A DNA stretch of 64,000 bases from Hypanus sabinus (Eukaryota): the NCBI RefSeq assembly GCF_030144855.1, contig NC_082712.1, positions 130,944,001-131,008,000 on the forward strand, written 5' to 3'. The notes below the pieces were generated by a model. That model ran no database searches and had not been told where the DNA came from. It saw only the letters and a program-made list of their open reading frames with translations. Positions 52,529 through 64,000 of the stretch are shown here, one piece after another. Position 1 is the stretch's first letter. Each line of letters begins with the position of its first letter. Both the position numbers and the translations under genes were made by a program.

Positions 52529-53379
52529 CTGGGTGCTACCGAAGATGTGTGACAGCTTACTGGTAAACCATTAGGCAAGAGAATTGACTAAAAAAATTAC
52601 TTGTAACATCTTTCATGGAGCAAAACTGTGGATGAACTATCGCTGCAGACAGTAAGGAGGCAGGCGGAGGTGAGGATGGCTCAGAGGATGATCTGTGCTG
52701 GGGCATTACAAGGTGCAACGTGTTTGAGCTGCCAGGTTTGCAGACAAAGTTCATATCGCTACCAGAGATGGAGTGATTGATTTGAGGAGGAGTCGACGCA
52801 GAGGAGTTTTGATGCCCGTTCATCTAATCCGAATGCGAGGTTGGATTGCTCCAAGCGTCGAGTTGATTTGTTGAGTTCGAGAACGACTTAGGGCCATCGT
52901 GATCCAGGACCCAGAATGTGGCACTATCCGGTGCTTGGATCATTTAAACGCCAGCTCAGATAATCTGGAAGCTCGTGCGTCGGGTACGGAGATGAGTGTC
53001 GGATATGGAGGCAGGTGTTGGGTACAGAGGCGAGCGTCAGGCTGATTTCGTTTACTCTCCCACAAACGAAATGTTGCTTCCTTTCTCTACAGCTGTGAAC
53101 TGATCTATCTGCTGTGCATTTCTGCCCCGCTGGTGTGAAAACTGGGTACCAAGACCTGACGTCAGCCTTCTCCGGCTGCTCTGGGACTCGGTCTGGTTTG
53201 GGATGCTGTTGGTTTGCTTCTAATGTTTGCATGATTTTTTTTCTCTTTCTCTTTCTCTGTACAGTGGTTCTTTAGTCTTTTTTTAATTGGGTTATTCCAG
53301 TTTCTTGCCTATAAGCAGGCAGATTTCAAGGTGTATAATTTATACATTCTTTGATAATAAATATGCTTTGAGATTTTGA
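52529..53379 (+). mobile_element. ~850-bp non-coding retroposon inserted in the Gypsy RT
   Basis: Splits AGFFFAKMKD|GLLRHCID with a 5-bp TSD atctt (52524-52528 and 53380-53384). The 3' tail gataataaatatgctttgagattttga resembles the Rex tail. Confidence 0.85.
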
Positions 53380-53760
53380 ATCTTTCATTTTAGCAAAGAA
53401 GAATCCTGCTTCAGCTGTGAATTGGGATGGTGGAATGAAGCTGTTCTGTAACACGTAGACGATGTAGTCATTCATGGCTTGGTTCATTGGAGGGGAGAGG
53501 GAGAGCAGATGACCTTGGGGATAGGTGGTGCCTGGGAGGAGGTAGTTAATGCAGTTGTGTGCTCTGTGAGGCAGCAGTGCGCTGGCTTCCCTTTTACAAA
53601 AATTGATGGTTAAGTCATGGTATTGTTGTGGGAGTTTGGTGAGGTTGAGAGTTTCCTCCGTCTTCGGGGTGAAATCAGCCGAGGTTACAGGCAGGTGATC
53701 TGACAGGTGATTCCCCAACTCAACAGTGAGCTAGGTGACCAGGCAAAGTGAGGGTCATTA

Positions 53761-54121
53761 GTGAAGAGCCAGGAGTAACCCAAGGTGAGAATAGTGAAGA
53801 GCCAGGGGTAACGCAAGGTGAGAGGAGTGAAGAGCCAGGGGTAACCCAAGGTGAGAATAGTGAAGAGCCAGGGGTAACCTAAGGTGAGAGGAGTGAAGAG
53901 CCGGGGTAACACAAGGTGAGAATAGTGAAGAGCCAGGGGTAACCCGAGGTGAGAATAGTGAAGAGCCAGGGGTAACGCAAGATGAGAGGAGTGAAGAGCC
54001 GGGGTAACACAAGGTGAGAATAGTGAAGAGCCAGGGGTAACCTAAGGTGAGAGGAGTGAAGAGCCAGGGGTAACCCAAGGTAAGAGAAGTGAAGAGCCAG
54101 GGGTAACCCGAGGTGAGAGGA
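53761..54121 (-). repeat. Minisatellite, 11 x 33 bp (two 32-bp units), derived from the Gypsy protease
   Basis: Unit gtgaagagccaggggtaacccaaggtgag(aata/agga); the minus strand encodes PLTLGYPWLFT. Confidence 0.95.
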
Positions 54122-54330
54122 GATTTTTTTTTTTGTTGAAACTTCTGTACCGGTTGATGTCTTGAAGGATGTCAACACTGAACTTCTTAATAGAGTTCTG
54201 ATTTTGGTGTTTCCTTCTGGGCTGAATCTTCATTCTCATGGTGGAGGAGATGAGTCGATGGTCTGTCCGGCACTCGTTGGCACCAGTAACAGCTCTTGTT
54301 ATCAGTACATCTTGTTGGTCCCGAGATGGG
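54122..54330 (-). mobile_element. RTE-clade endonuclease C-terminal fragment inside the Gypsy protease
   Basis: RDQQDVLITRAVTGANECRTDHRLISSTMRMKIQP matches the RTE APE end (DVxxTRAxxGAxCWTDHRL). It ends in an A-run next to the minisatellite. Confidence 0.75.
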
Positions 54331-55378
54331 TTATAAGAAGGAACTGCACGGTGTTCATGAGCACAAGCTTGCGAGCGCCCTCTGACCATGCCAGACCCCA
54401 AGGGATGTCCATCAATGGCCGCGAGGCAGAAGTGGTGAGAGGTAGTCTCGGTAAAGTGCCCAAGCTGCACACATAGAGTCCACCAGAGCCACTGGGGCAC
54501 GGAAGATGACAGGGACCGAGTCAGGGTATTGTGCTGGAATGAGAAGCCGGGGGCGGGGGGGAGCACACCAGATAAAAGGCTCGCTGTTTCTACCTGGTGG
54601 TCCCATGTTCCCAGACGCAGTGGGTATTTGATTGGAAGCTCTGCAGCAAGCACTCAAGTTGTTTCTACAACAACACTCATGCTCTTGGGGGTGGGGCTAG
54701 GAGAGCTTGACGATGAGGGCCCTGCACCCTGAAATGGTTCTGCAAACAGAACTGGGGTGCTGGCTGACGCCTGGGCAGTTGTTCCATAAAATGCTCATCA
54801 ATCCAGAGGTTTTCAAAATCGGTGGGCACCTTCCAGGTGGACAGCTTATCTTTCATTACCTCCAAGCCACCATGTTGGTAATGGGCCAAGAGCCTGAATT
54901 CTGTGGTGTAATCCAATCCAGAGTGTGAGCCTTGATGCAGTACCCCCTTTCCACTTCCCAGATGGCTGAAAACCCAGTGCATCTCAGTGGTGAATCCCTC
55001 ATATTTATTGCAAAATGTTGGCTTTATTCTCCCAGTTAGCACCGGCCCAGTTCAGAGTTCACCCAGTCAGGAGGGAGACAACGAAGGCAATTTTGGTTCA
55101 GTTTGTAGAATGCAGAGAAGGCTACAGCTCGAAGTGTAAGACACACTGAGACGGGAAGTTGTGGCATTGAGTTGGGGATCAGTTGAAGCATCCAGACATT
55201 GGAATTGGAGCTCAGAGGGAGGAGGTTAGTTGGCTGGGATTGCTGTATCATGATGGAGTGTTGGTTGAGAGTGGTGAGCAGATGGCCAATGGTTTCCTGC
55301 TGCTTTGGGATCACGAGCTCCTGACGACGGATGACTTCCAATTGAACCCTGCTGGGTCAATCGTTGGCTCACCCATCC

Positions 55379-55688
55379 TGTCAGTAAACGTGGAGGAGGC
55401 TTGACCCAAAAGCAGAGTGGTGTAGATGACTTAGAAGTAACTAACGTTTTACCTGTGAGCTGCAAAATAACAAGCCATAGGGCCCATGAAACAAAAGAGA
55501 AGAGATACTTAACACAGTGAGGAAACTGAAACCTTGGAGCAACTGGCTGAGGGCAGGTTCATTGGGGGAACAAAGAATGTGAATCAGAGATGCATTCTAG
55601 GCTGCAAGTGATGAGTTGGATGCGAGTACAAGTAACTGCTGTTAGCTGAGTGAAGATTGGACAGTGGCTTGCCTGTGCAGGCCTGACA
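55379..55688 (-). repeat. 5' LTR of the Gypsy element
   Basis: tgtcag..gga(g)g.ttgacccaaaa..aataacaagcc..taggctgca.gtgatgagttgga..caggcctgaca is shared with 46496-46794. Confidence 0.85.
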
Positions 55689-57211
55689 AAACAGAGCCAT
55701 CATCCTTAGAATCTTGCTTAACTAAACCATTGGAGGGTCATCCTCTTCATGCTTCTCTTAGCGTATGGGATAAACTGTGGGGCCACTTCTTATGTTTTCT
55801 AGGACTAGAGACTGAAACATTTCTTTCTATGCTAGTCTGGTTTTAAAAGGATATGAAAATTAATATTTTTCAAAAAATTGCTAGGTAAATTGATGATTGT
55901 TAAAAAGAATAACTTAGGTACACTTCAGGTAACTAGAAGCTATGTTAGCTTCGCAGTAGAAATGTTGTGTAATCTGCTAAAACTGTGACCTGCTCTGGTC
56001 CAGAGGCCAAATTTCAGCGACCTTAGAGGAAAGTGTAGATCAAAAGTACTGCTCCCACTTGGAGCTCAGAGGAATGGCATGCAAACTGAAGACAAAATTA
56101 CTCTTGTGTTCATGGATATGTCTGTTATGTGGGAAGAATTGGGAGAAAAATGATACCAAGAGCAGTAAGAAATCAAACAAAAATTATACCTAGCTGTGAG
56201 ACTTAAGCCCCTTTCTATCTGTCAGTCAGGACAATAAATTGTAAATTAAATTACCATTAAAAATACGCGTTTTGTTTGAAGTAGCTTGACTTTTAAAGTG
56301 ACATTTTTGAATAGAATCCAAGAAATTCATTGTAAATAATTTATACGAAAAGATTTAGGAGAAGGCATTCTGAACTGGCTCACCCTTGATTAAACAGAAT
56401 TTTTCTGGCATCTGGTTTGTGTTTTCAAAGCGAGAAGGTGTGTCAGATAGTCAAGGACTGCGAGAAACAGTCCTATGTCTAATAGAAAGCCTCTCTTCAC
56501 ATCACAGTGTGCTGGCTCCTCATAATGAGTTATGGTTTTAAAATATTTTCAGTATGATTAGTGTAGTTGCTGTGAAAGTTACTCCGCAGATGGAAGTTTA
56601 CTTTAATCGCCCTTGACAACAATGATTTGTCAAAGTAGTAAATATATCCTAAATCCAACATTGTCTAAATAAGTGGACAATTTGCATGGATTATTTTCCA
56701 CCTGGAAGTGATTTGTTTGATGTCACCTGATCTGTAGTCACTTTTGGGGGGGAGGGTCAAAAGCATTATCCTGTCTGTCCTTTTTAAAACCATATGTGCT
56801 TGTTTAGTGAATCTGTTAAATTCCATGCAGTTGTTTCCTTATCCCCCCCTCATCTAGAAGTGTGTGGTCATCGCAGAACATGTTAGTAACCCTTCTGGTA
56901 ACTTCAAGTGCCTTTATTTTTGAGATTAGTCTAATCAATGATGAAGGGCTCTTCAATTTAATCCCAATCCATTTGTTTCATGTGCTTCTCCATGTGTTCA
57001 GGAATAGGCCAGTTAGGTCCTTGAACCTGTACTGTCATTTGGTAAGATTTTGTTCTGTTAGTAAACTCATACAGTTACCTGCAATTACCATATATCCCTT
57101 TGATTTGGAAGCTCAGAATTGACCTAGGACTAAGTCCCATTTACAGTAAATAAGTTCAACTGTTATTAACATTTTCTAAAACTTTTTCAAACCTTCCTGT
57201 AAATTTTAGTC

Positions 57212-57272
57212 ACAAACAAGACAGGATCTGCAGATGCTGGAAATCCAAACAACGCACACAAAATGTGTGTTG
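57212..57272 (-). mobile_element. 61-bp Penelope-terminal-repeat insertion with a 16-bp TSD
   Basis: cctgtaaattttagtc at 57196-57211 and 57273-57288 flanks acaaacaagacaggatctgcagatgctggaaatcc.., the same repeat end as 17110-17165. Confidence 0.85.
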
Positions 57273-59611
57273 CCTGTAAATTTTAGTCTTTGCTCCCATT
57301 TCAACTAGTAGAAAATCTCTTAATTTTTCCAACAGCTTGGAAGCTCCAATAAAAATTTTAAAAAATGCAGATCCTGTAAACCTGAAAAAAATAGAAAATG
57401 CTTGAAATACTCAGCAGCTTTGACAAATTTGTAGTGACATATAAATGAGTTAATGTTTAAGGCCGAAGGGTCTTTGGTCAGAATTTAAGATGAAATATTA
57501 AAAGGATTTCTCTTTCTGCAGATGCAATATGACATGCTGAGTATTCCAAAGATTCATATTTTGAGATTTTTGACTAAATCCCCCCCCCCCACAGACTGCA
57601 GATTGCACAACTATGTAAACGCTTCATAATTTATCCTTTCTGTACAAAAGTAATATTCTGGTAAATCCACAGTATCATTCCAGCAAGAACCTTTCTGAGG
57701 CAGCATGGGGAGAAATGCACACAGCACGTTATTTATTTATGTTATTTACCAACGAGTAGTTTCAGGTCTGATTTCTTTCAATCAGCTGATATTTCAATGC
57801 AGCAACGAGGAATGAACTGTAGAAGGTGATCTGCATTTGTTAAGAGCTTAAATCAAACGTTTTCTCCCATACCACAGTGGTTCCAGTGCACTTATAGCTC
57901 ACTGGATAATCATAATGAGCATGAAATTCTCCTGGTCTGACCGTACTTCATTGAAGCCATTTAAACCAGACTAATTGGCTTACATCTCATTGGTGTTTAA
58001 GGGGAAAATACCCACTATGTTGATTCTTTAATTCAGTTTTTATATTCGTTTACAAAATATCTATTATATTGTCAGTAAAAATTAAACTATAAATGCTTTA
58101 GAATCCCAATAAAAGTAGTCCTTTTATAACCTGATCGGCTGGATTTGGAACTGAGCCACTCTACCATTACCTGTGAGTTTCTCTCTCACTGGCAGTTTAC
58201 CATCTCAGTGCAAACACCAACAGGGAGGATACAGAATGAACGGGATTACTCTCAGAAGACAGCAAATTTGAAAATTTTCCAAACAATCACTACTGCTGTA
58301 GGAACATTATAACATCAAAGTTCAAAGTAAATTTATTATCGAAGTATGCGTATTCACCACATAATACCTTAAGATTTGCAGACATTTATAGACAAATAAA
58401 GTTTAATTGAATTCATCAAAGTCTATAGATAGCAAAGGCAAACAACCAATGTGCAAATGGAGACAAACTGTGCAAATAATAAAAAGGTAATTTCTGAGCA
58501 GAGCAGGATGAATTACATGAAATATAGTTACAGTTAGAAGATCAGCCTCACTGCCAAGGTATCGTCTTTCCAGAGGCTACTCAAAGGTACAGTTGGACGG
58601 TGTATTACACACAACCTGCTGGTCGACACAATTATATGGTATCGTTAAGGAGGATTACATTTAATTATGGCATATTACTTTTAAATTTCACTCTCATGCT
58701 CATATTATGAACACCATGTGGTTGTGCATGTGCTTGTGGAGACTGAAGACAGATTATGACTATAGTTCCTCATCCGTGACCTTTTGCGGTTGATGTCAGA
58801 GAGGGTGGTGGAGGAGTTGCTGCAATCAACCTCAGTATTACTGGGTTAGGTTGGGGATAAAAGTGTTTTTATTCAGATTTCTGTACAGTCGAGCTTGCTT
58901 TTACGCTGAGGGTGAGGGGAAGGTTCTGCTCAGCTGTGAGCTCTTTCAACTATTCATCTCATTGGAATTACAACCCAGAATTGGTATTTAAGATAATAAA
59001 AATAAATGACAATAAAAAATAATTCTGGTTTATGCTTCAATGGAGAGGGCTATGGTTAACAAACAGTATACAGTAGGGAGGAAGCTGTATTCATTAATTA
59101 AAAATTCAATGCAGATATTGGACATAAAAGTGTTTAAGATTTGCTCTACTGGTTAATTACTTAATCTGAAGCCAGCCATTGTTTTCAGATCTGTGTTTCC
59201 CTCCCTGGTATTCAATACCCTTTATATATGATACACCATTAGCTTAGATAGATGCATGACAGGTCAGGGCAAAGACTGATTTCATGCAGAAGGGGGCACC
59301 TAGTAAAACCTTCACATAAAAATGAAAGGTAAAGGTGACGCTTGTAAAACTATCATCAAGGAACAGTCAGCATCTTAAAGAGCCTTGTTGCTTATGCAGA
59401 CCAGTTGAAAGTTCAAAGTTTAAAGTAAATTATTATCAGAATACAAATTGGTCTCCATATACAACCTTGAGATTCATTTTCTTGTGGGCATACTCAATAA
59501 ATCCAATACCCATAACAGAATCAATGAAGGACCGGGCTGGGCATACAATTGATGTGCAAAAGACAACAAACAGTGCAAATACAAAAGGAAATAAACAATA
59601 ATGATAATAAT

Positions 59612-61300
59612 ACCCATATTAATCTAACTGATCTGGAAAATTTACAAAGAAAAATAAGAACTGAAATGACAAATTTTAGAAATCACTATGTACACTCGAA
59701 CTTGCTTAGATTAACAATACCTAGGGCAGAAGAAGAAAGAGTAACAGAAGTTTTAAAAAAAAATTGAGCACCAATCAGATAAAACTTCTAAGGATATATA
59801 TTCATCATCAAAAACAGGTTTCAGTACTCCACAGGAGCATAATCAATTCTGATAAGAAATGCACATCACTAAACTTAAGTGCAAGCACAGTCCAGAAAAA
59901 TAAAGAAATTAACACTATAGAAGAAAACATTAACCAATGAAAGAATGTGATACTCCATGGAAAACATCCCCACTATCTGAACAGACTAGATGTCGACAAG
60001 GAAGTGACGAACACATTGTTCAGAGTTGGAAACTTCTTCCCAGAAACAGAAGGGTCCCTTTTGGCTATACAGGACCAGGTGGTTAACATAAAAACTTAAC
60101 AAAAATACATAATAAAAGGCCAGAACTTTGGAGTACTGTGTTCAGTTCTGGTCGCCTCATTACAGGAAGGATGTGGAAACCATAGGAAGGGTGCAGAGGA
60201 GATTTACAAGGATGTTGCCTGGATTGGGGAACATGTCTTATGAGAATAGGTTGAGTGAACATGTCCTTTTCTCCTTGGAGTGACGGAGGATGAGAAGTGA
60301 CCTGATAGAGGTGTACAAGATAATGAGAGGCATTGATTATGTGGATAGTCGGAGGCAGTTTCCCAGGGCTGAAATGGCTAGCATGAGAGGGCATGTTTTT
60401 AAGGTGCTTGGAAGTAGGTACAGAGGAGATGTCAGGAGTAAGTTTTTTACACAGGGAGTGGTGAGTGTGTGGAATGGGCTGCCAGTGGCAGTGGTGGAGG
60501 GGGATACGATAGGGTCTTTTAAGAGACGTCTGGATGGATACATTGAGCTTAGAAAAATAGAGGGCTGTGGGTAAGCCTAGGTAGTTCTAAGGTAAGGACA
60601 TGTTCGGCACAGCTTTGCGGGCTAAAGGGCCTGTATTGTGTTGTAGGTTTTCTATGTTTCTATGAAGATGATAAATGCAGATAATGCCAAGGAAAACCAG
60701 AATCAATCCAACACATTATAGGATCCTGTAGCAGTTTCACTCAATCTGATTACATACACCGATACAATCACGTGGCAAACATCATTCACCAAAATCTTGC
60801 TTTAAAATACAAACTCAGAAAAGGAACCATACCTTACTAAAATACAAGTCTGATCCAGTTTTAGAGCCAGAGTTCCACAAATTGTAGTACAACAAATCCA
60901 TTATTACATATAGCACAATCTATAATAACTGTCCGGATATAATAATGTAGGATAAATAAACAAGAATGACTTACTTAATAGATACAGCCATTCCAAACAC
61001 ACATAACATACAGAAATCAATATGTGAAAAGCACCAAAAATGTGCTGAATTAAAAGAGGAAATTGAAAGACTATGGAAAATGAACAGCGTAGACATTGTC
61101 CCAATAGTAGTATCTACAATTTGCATTATCCCAAAGTAACTACACAACAGCATTAAACAATCAGGGTTACACAGTAATATGTAAATCTCAAGAAACCCAC
61201 AACACTAAACACCATTAGATTGTTTGAAAGTTCCTAGCAATTGAGAAATGAGTGTGCTTGGCTATGCCAGTACTCAGGTTTTACCAAGTTGAGCTGAGAA
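59612..61300 (+). mobile_element. Decayed R4/Dong-clade (REL endonuclease) non-LTR retrotransposon 3' half
   Basis: DLENLQRKIRT..LRLTIPRAEE; LHGKHP..VDKE..PETEGSLLAIQDQVV; CR*CQGKPESIQHIIGSC (CCHC); HNHV-like HRYNHVANIIHQ; NCPDII..LIDTAIP..EKHQK..LKEEIERLW..VPIV (PD-D REL). Confidence 0.9.
60117..60664 (+). mobile_element. CR1 3' end nested in the Dong/R4 element
   Basis: [41 protein letters not shown], tail ttttctatgtttctatg. Confidence 0.92.
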
Positions 61301-62757
61301 AAAAAGCAATAAATATTGAGGAAATGAGATGAAGCGTCCTTGAAAGTGGTTCCACTTGCCCCATCATTGAAAGTGAGTAGTTTCAGTGATAGGGCAAGTG
61401 AAGTTATCCCCATTGGTTCAAGAGCCTGATGGTTGAGGGGTAATAACTGTTCCTGAATCTGGTAAAATCAGTCCTGAGGCTCCTGTACCTTCTTCATGTT
61501 GGCTGCAGTGAGAAGAAAGCATCACCTGGGTGGTGGGGATTCCTGATGATGGATGCTGCTTTCCTGTGACAATGCTACATGTAGATATGCTCAGTGGTGG
61601 AGAGGGTTTTACCTGTGATGTTTCTAAACTGTATCCACTACTTTTTGTCAGATTTTCCATTCAAGGGCAGTGGTGTTTCCATTCCAGGTTGTAATGCAGC
61701 CAGTCAGTATACTCTTCACTACATGTCTATGAAAGTTTTCTCAAAGTTTTAGATGTCATGCTAGATCTTCACAAACTCATAAGGAAGTAGAGGTGCTGCA
61801 ATGCTTCTTCTGTAATTTCACATGTTCTGGTCCCAGGATAGGTGCTTTGAAATGATAGCAGCAAGGAATTTAAAGTTGCTGACTCTATCCACGTCTGATA
61901 CCCCGATGATGAGGACTGGCCCATGGACCTCTGGCTTCCTTCTCCTGAAGTCAACAATTATCTCTTTGGTCTCTCTGACATTAAGTAGGAGGTTGCTGTT
62001 AGAGACAAGAGCTCTGGATTGAACACCATGCTAATATAGTTGAAGCAGGAGTAATGATATCATCATTGAGGAATCTAGCGGCAACAATTGTGCTAAGAGA
62101 GGTGAAGTTTGAAGCTTAGCTTGGGATGAAGCACGGCATGAAGTTACATGATGTGTGTGGCTGAACTGAGCTACCAGAATGTGTGGGTCTAGGCTTATTC
62201 TGGACAGTAACAATAACCCTAGTCAATGACAGACATCTCCTGATATCCTTCTGCTGTTATTGCCATCCCAACCTCTGATGTTGATTGTGCAGAGCCCGTT
62301 AATTCTTTGCACAACTGTCTGCTGCTGAAACCTACCATCAGCAAAACCAGTTTTCAACAATTTGATTAATTCCTCACAAGGGCTCTGGATGTTGTAGAGT
62401 TGATGATCGCCATCAACATCTTGACTGTATTGTGGAAAATATGTTCTCCACAGAACTTAGAGCAAAATTGTTCCTGTAAAGAAACAAAAACTGAAAGATG
62501 ATGGAAAACTTCAGCAAATCGGGCAGCATCTCTAGAAAGAGGAACAGTCAACATTTCAGGTCTGTGATCCTTTGTTTCAGTATGCCCACATGTGGACTCG
62601 GCATGTCTGGGAAAAATCCAGGAAAAGTGAAAACTTGTTGGATTAGTCTAGTCCTCATATGTGGGTAAAATCTCATCCAGACAAATACATTCCATCAGTG
62701 TATTGTCAATCATCACTAGATATCAGGGGTGCTGTTGACTGTGCCTACTCAGACATA

Positions 62758-62855
62758 GGGGTAACCCTAGGTAATTTCTATAGTAAGGATATGTTCGACA
62801 CAGCTTTGTGGGCCAAAAGACCTGTATTGTGCTGTAGAATTTCTATGTTTCTATA
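62758..62855 (+). mobile_element. CR1 3' UTR tail fragment
   Basis: Near-copy of 60570-60664 (gggtaaccctaggta..tgttcgacacagctttgtgggcc..ttctatgtttctat). Confidence 0.8.
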
Positions 62856-63382
62856 TTGTGGTTGTTGATATTTAGCTTGGTTTCAACATGATCTCACTGC
62901 TACATACTTCATTACAGTCACAAATATTTTTTAAAAGGTTATTTTCCTAAGGCAAGGTGAAGGTGTCTGCTCTTGACTTCAAAGAAGCATTTCACTGAAT
63001 ATGACACAAGGAATCCTGGTGAAACAGAAGCAAGTGGAAAATAAAAAGACAAATTTCCACTGTTTTAAGCCCTAGGTTAATACTGCAGGAGTTCCTTATG
63101 CCCAGAGAGTTTTAACGGTTTCATCAAAGTCATTTCCTCTGTTAAGAGTTTGAGAGTAGAGATGTTTGCTGAGCAACAATCAATTCCATTTGCCTCTCCT
63201 CAGAATCTGAAAGCAGTCCATGCCTGCACACAGTAAAACCTGGGTGACATTTAGGCACAGGTTGTACATTCTGATGTTTGTCACACTTCATTTCCACCAT
63301 TGTTCGCTGACAACTCGCTCCCACATAAAGCAGGCTGAGATATCTGGAGCCACAGAGTCGTGGAGTAGTATAGCACAGAAAC

Positions 63383-64000
63383 AGGTCTGCTGCTCCCGCG
63401 GATGCCAGGTCGCGGATGGAGACTGTGTTCTCCCGCCCATCAGGTAAGACCACGTAGGCATACTGTGGGTTCGCTTGTAGAAGGTGAACCCTCTCAATCA
63501 GCGGGGAGTATTTATTGCTCCTCACATGTTTCCAGAGCAGTACTGGCCCTGGGGATGTCAGCCAAGCTGGTAGGGTGGTCCCAGTGGCAGACTTTCTGGG
63601 AAAAGAGAACAGGCGCTCGTGAGGGGCGACATTGGTGGACGTACATAACAGGGAGCGGACAGAGTGGAGTGCCTCGGGGAGGACCTCCTGCCATCGAGAG
63701 ACCGGCAACCCCTTTGACTTAAGGGCTAAATGTGTGGCCTTCCACACTGTGGCATTCTCCCTCTCCACCTGTCCATTACCCCAGGGATTATAGCTTGTGG
63801 TCCTACCGGTAGCAATACCCCTAGCCAGCAGGTACTGGTGCAGCTCGTCACTCATAAAGGAGGACCCTCTATCACTGTGGACATAGCAGGGATATCCGAA
63901 CAGAGTGAAGAGCTGGCGCAGGCTTTTATGACGGATGTGGCAGTGGTGTCGGGGCAGGGGATGGCAAAGGGGAACCGCGAGTACTTGTCGATAATGTTGA
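63383..64000 (-). mobile_element. Gypsy-type integrase (rve core and C-terminus) of a second LTR family, running off the window
   Basis: NIIDKYSRFPFAIPC, LFGYP.YVHSDRGSSFMS, RTTSYNPWGNGQVEREN, W.EVLP.AL.S.RSL, PGPVLL.., PDGRENTVS. Abuts old CR1-like sequence at ~63380. Confidence 0.9.

Larger units (their letters stand above)
46496..55688 (-). mobile_element. Complete but decayed chromoviral (Sushi-like) Gypsy LTR retrotransposon with nested insertions
   Basis: Two homologous TGTCA...TGACA LTRs. gag: (A)TTGACCCAGCA start, QGSHSGLDYTTEFRLLA. Protease: LGYPWL. RT: LLPHRAHNC, AGFFF, VMPLG, VYLNDILIFS. RNase H: SAPIL..PFVVELNASDVG. Integrase: [19 protein letters not shown]. Chromodomain: [29 protein letters not shown]-like G tract at 46795-46812. 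Confidence 0.92.
59408..62000 (-). mobile_element. Rex1/Babar-type LINE 3' fragment, split by a Dong/R4 insertion
   Basis: Tail at 59408-59611 (aaagttcaaagtttaaagtaaattattatc). Body at 61305-62000 with DFRRRK, FKFL and LYFL..L motifs on the minus strand. Confidence 0.8.

Noticed and set aside
53761-54121. CRISPR-like array
   Set aside because: The units are head-to-tail with no unique spacers, derive from the Gypsy protease, and lie in a eukaryotic context with no cas genes.
13165-57880. Immunoglobulin/TCR recombination signal sequences (CACAGTG/CACTGTG at ~13165, 24753, 45831, 55513, 56503, 57873)
   Set aside because: None has a nonamer at 12/23-bp spacing, and no V/J-like coding segments were seen.

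Overview
This is a vertebrate nuclear window, most likely from a cartilaginous fish (batoid/elasmobranch-type repeat set), made up of intronic or intergenic DNA packed with layered retroelements. No host protein-coding gene could be identified. The window holds many CR1 LINE fragments, including one young 5'-truncated copy with an uninterrupted 1020-codon APE+RT frame (46.8-50.2 kb). It also contains Rex1/Babar LINEs with non-coding elements sharing their ends, RTE fragments, an L1 3' end with a 15-bp TSD, and an R4/Dong REL-type LINE inserted in a TAA-rich tract. Further elements are Penelope-like GIY-YIG remnants with decayed minimal hammerhead motifs, a V-SINE, a Tc1 derivative, a complete but decayed chromoviral Gypsy provirus (46.5-55.7 kb) hosting three later insertions plus an 11x33-bp repeat, and a second Gypsy integrase at the right edge. 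The most interesting signal is at the ORF1/ORF2 junction of two divergent CR1 copies. Both show the same cassette: a G_GGT_TTA_AAC-stop tandem slippery site, an open -1 frame running into the endonuclease, and four downstream G-tracts. This suggests ORF2 may be made by -1 ribosomal frameshifting (an inference, untested). Boundaries of decayed repeats are approximate.
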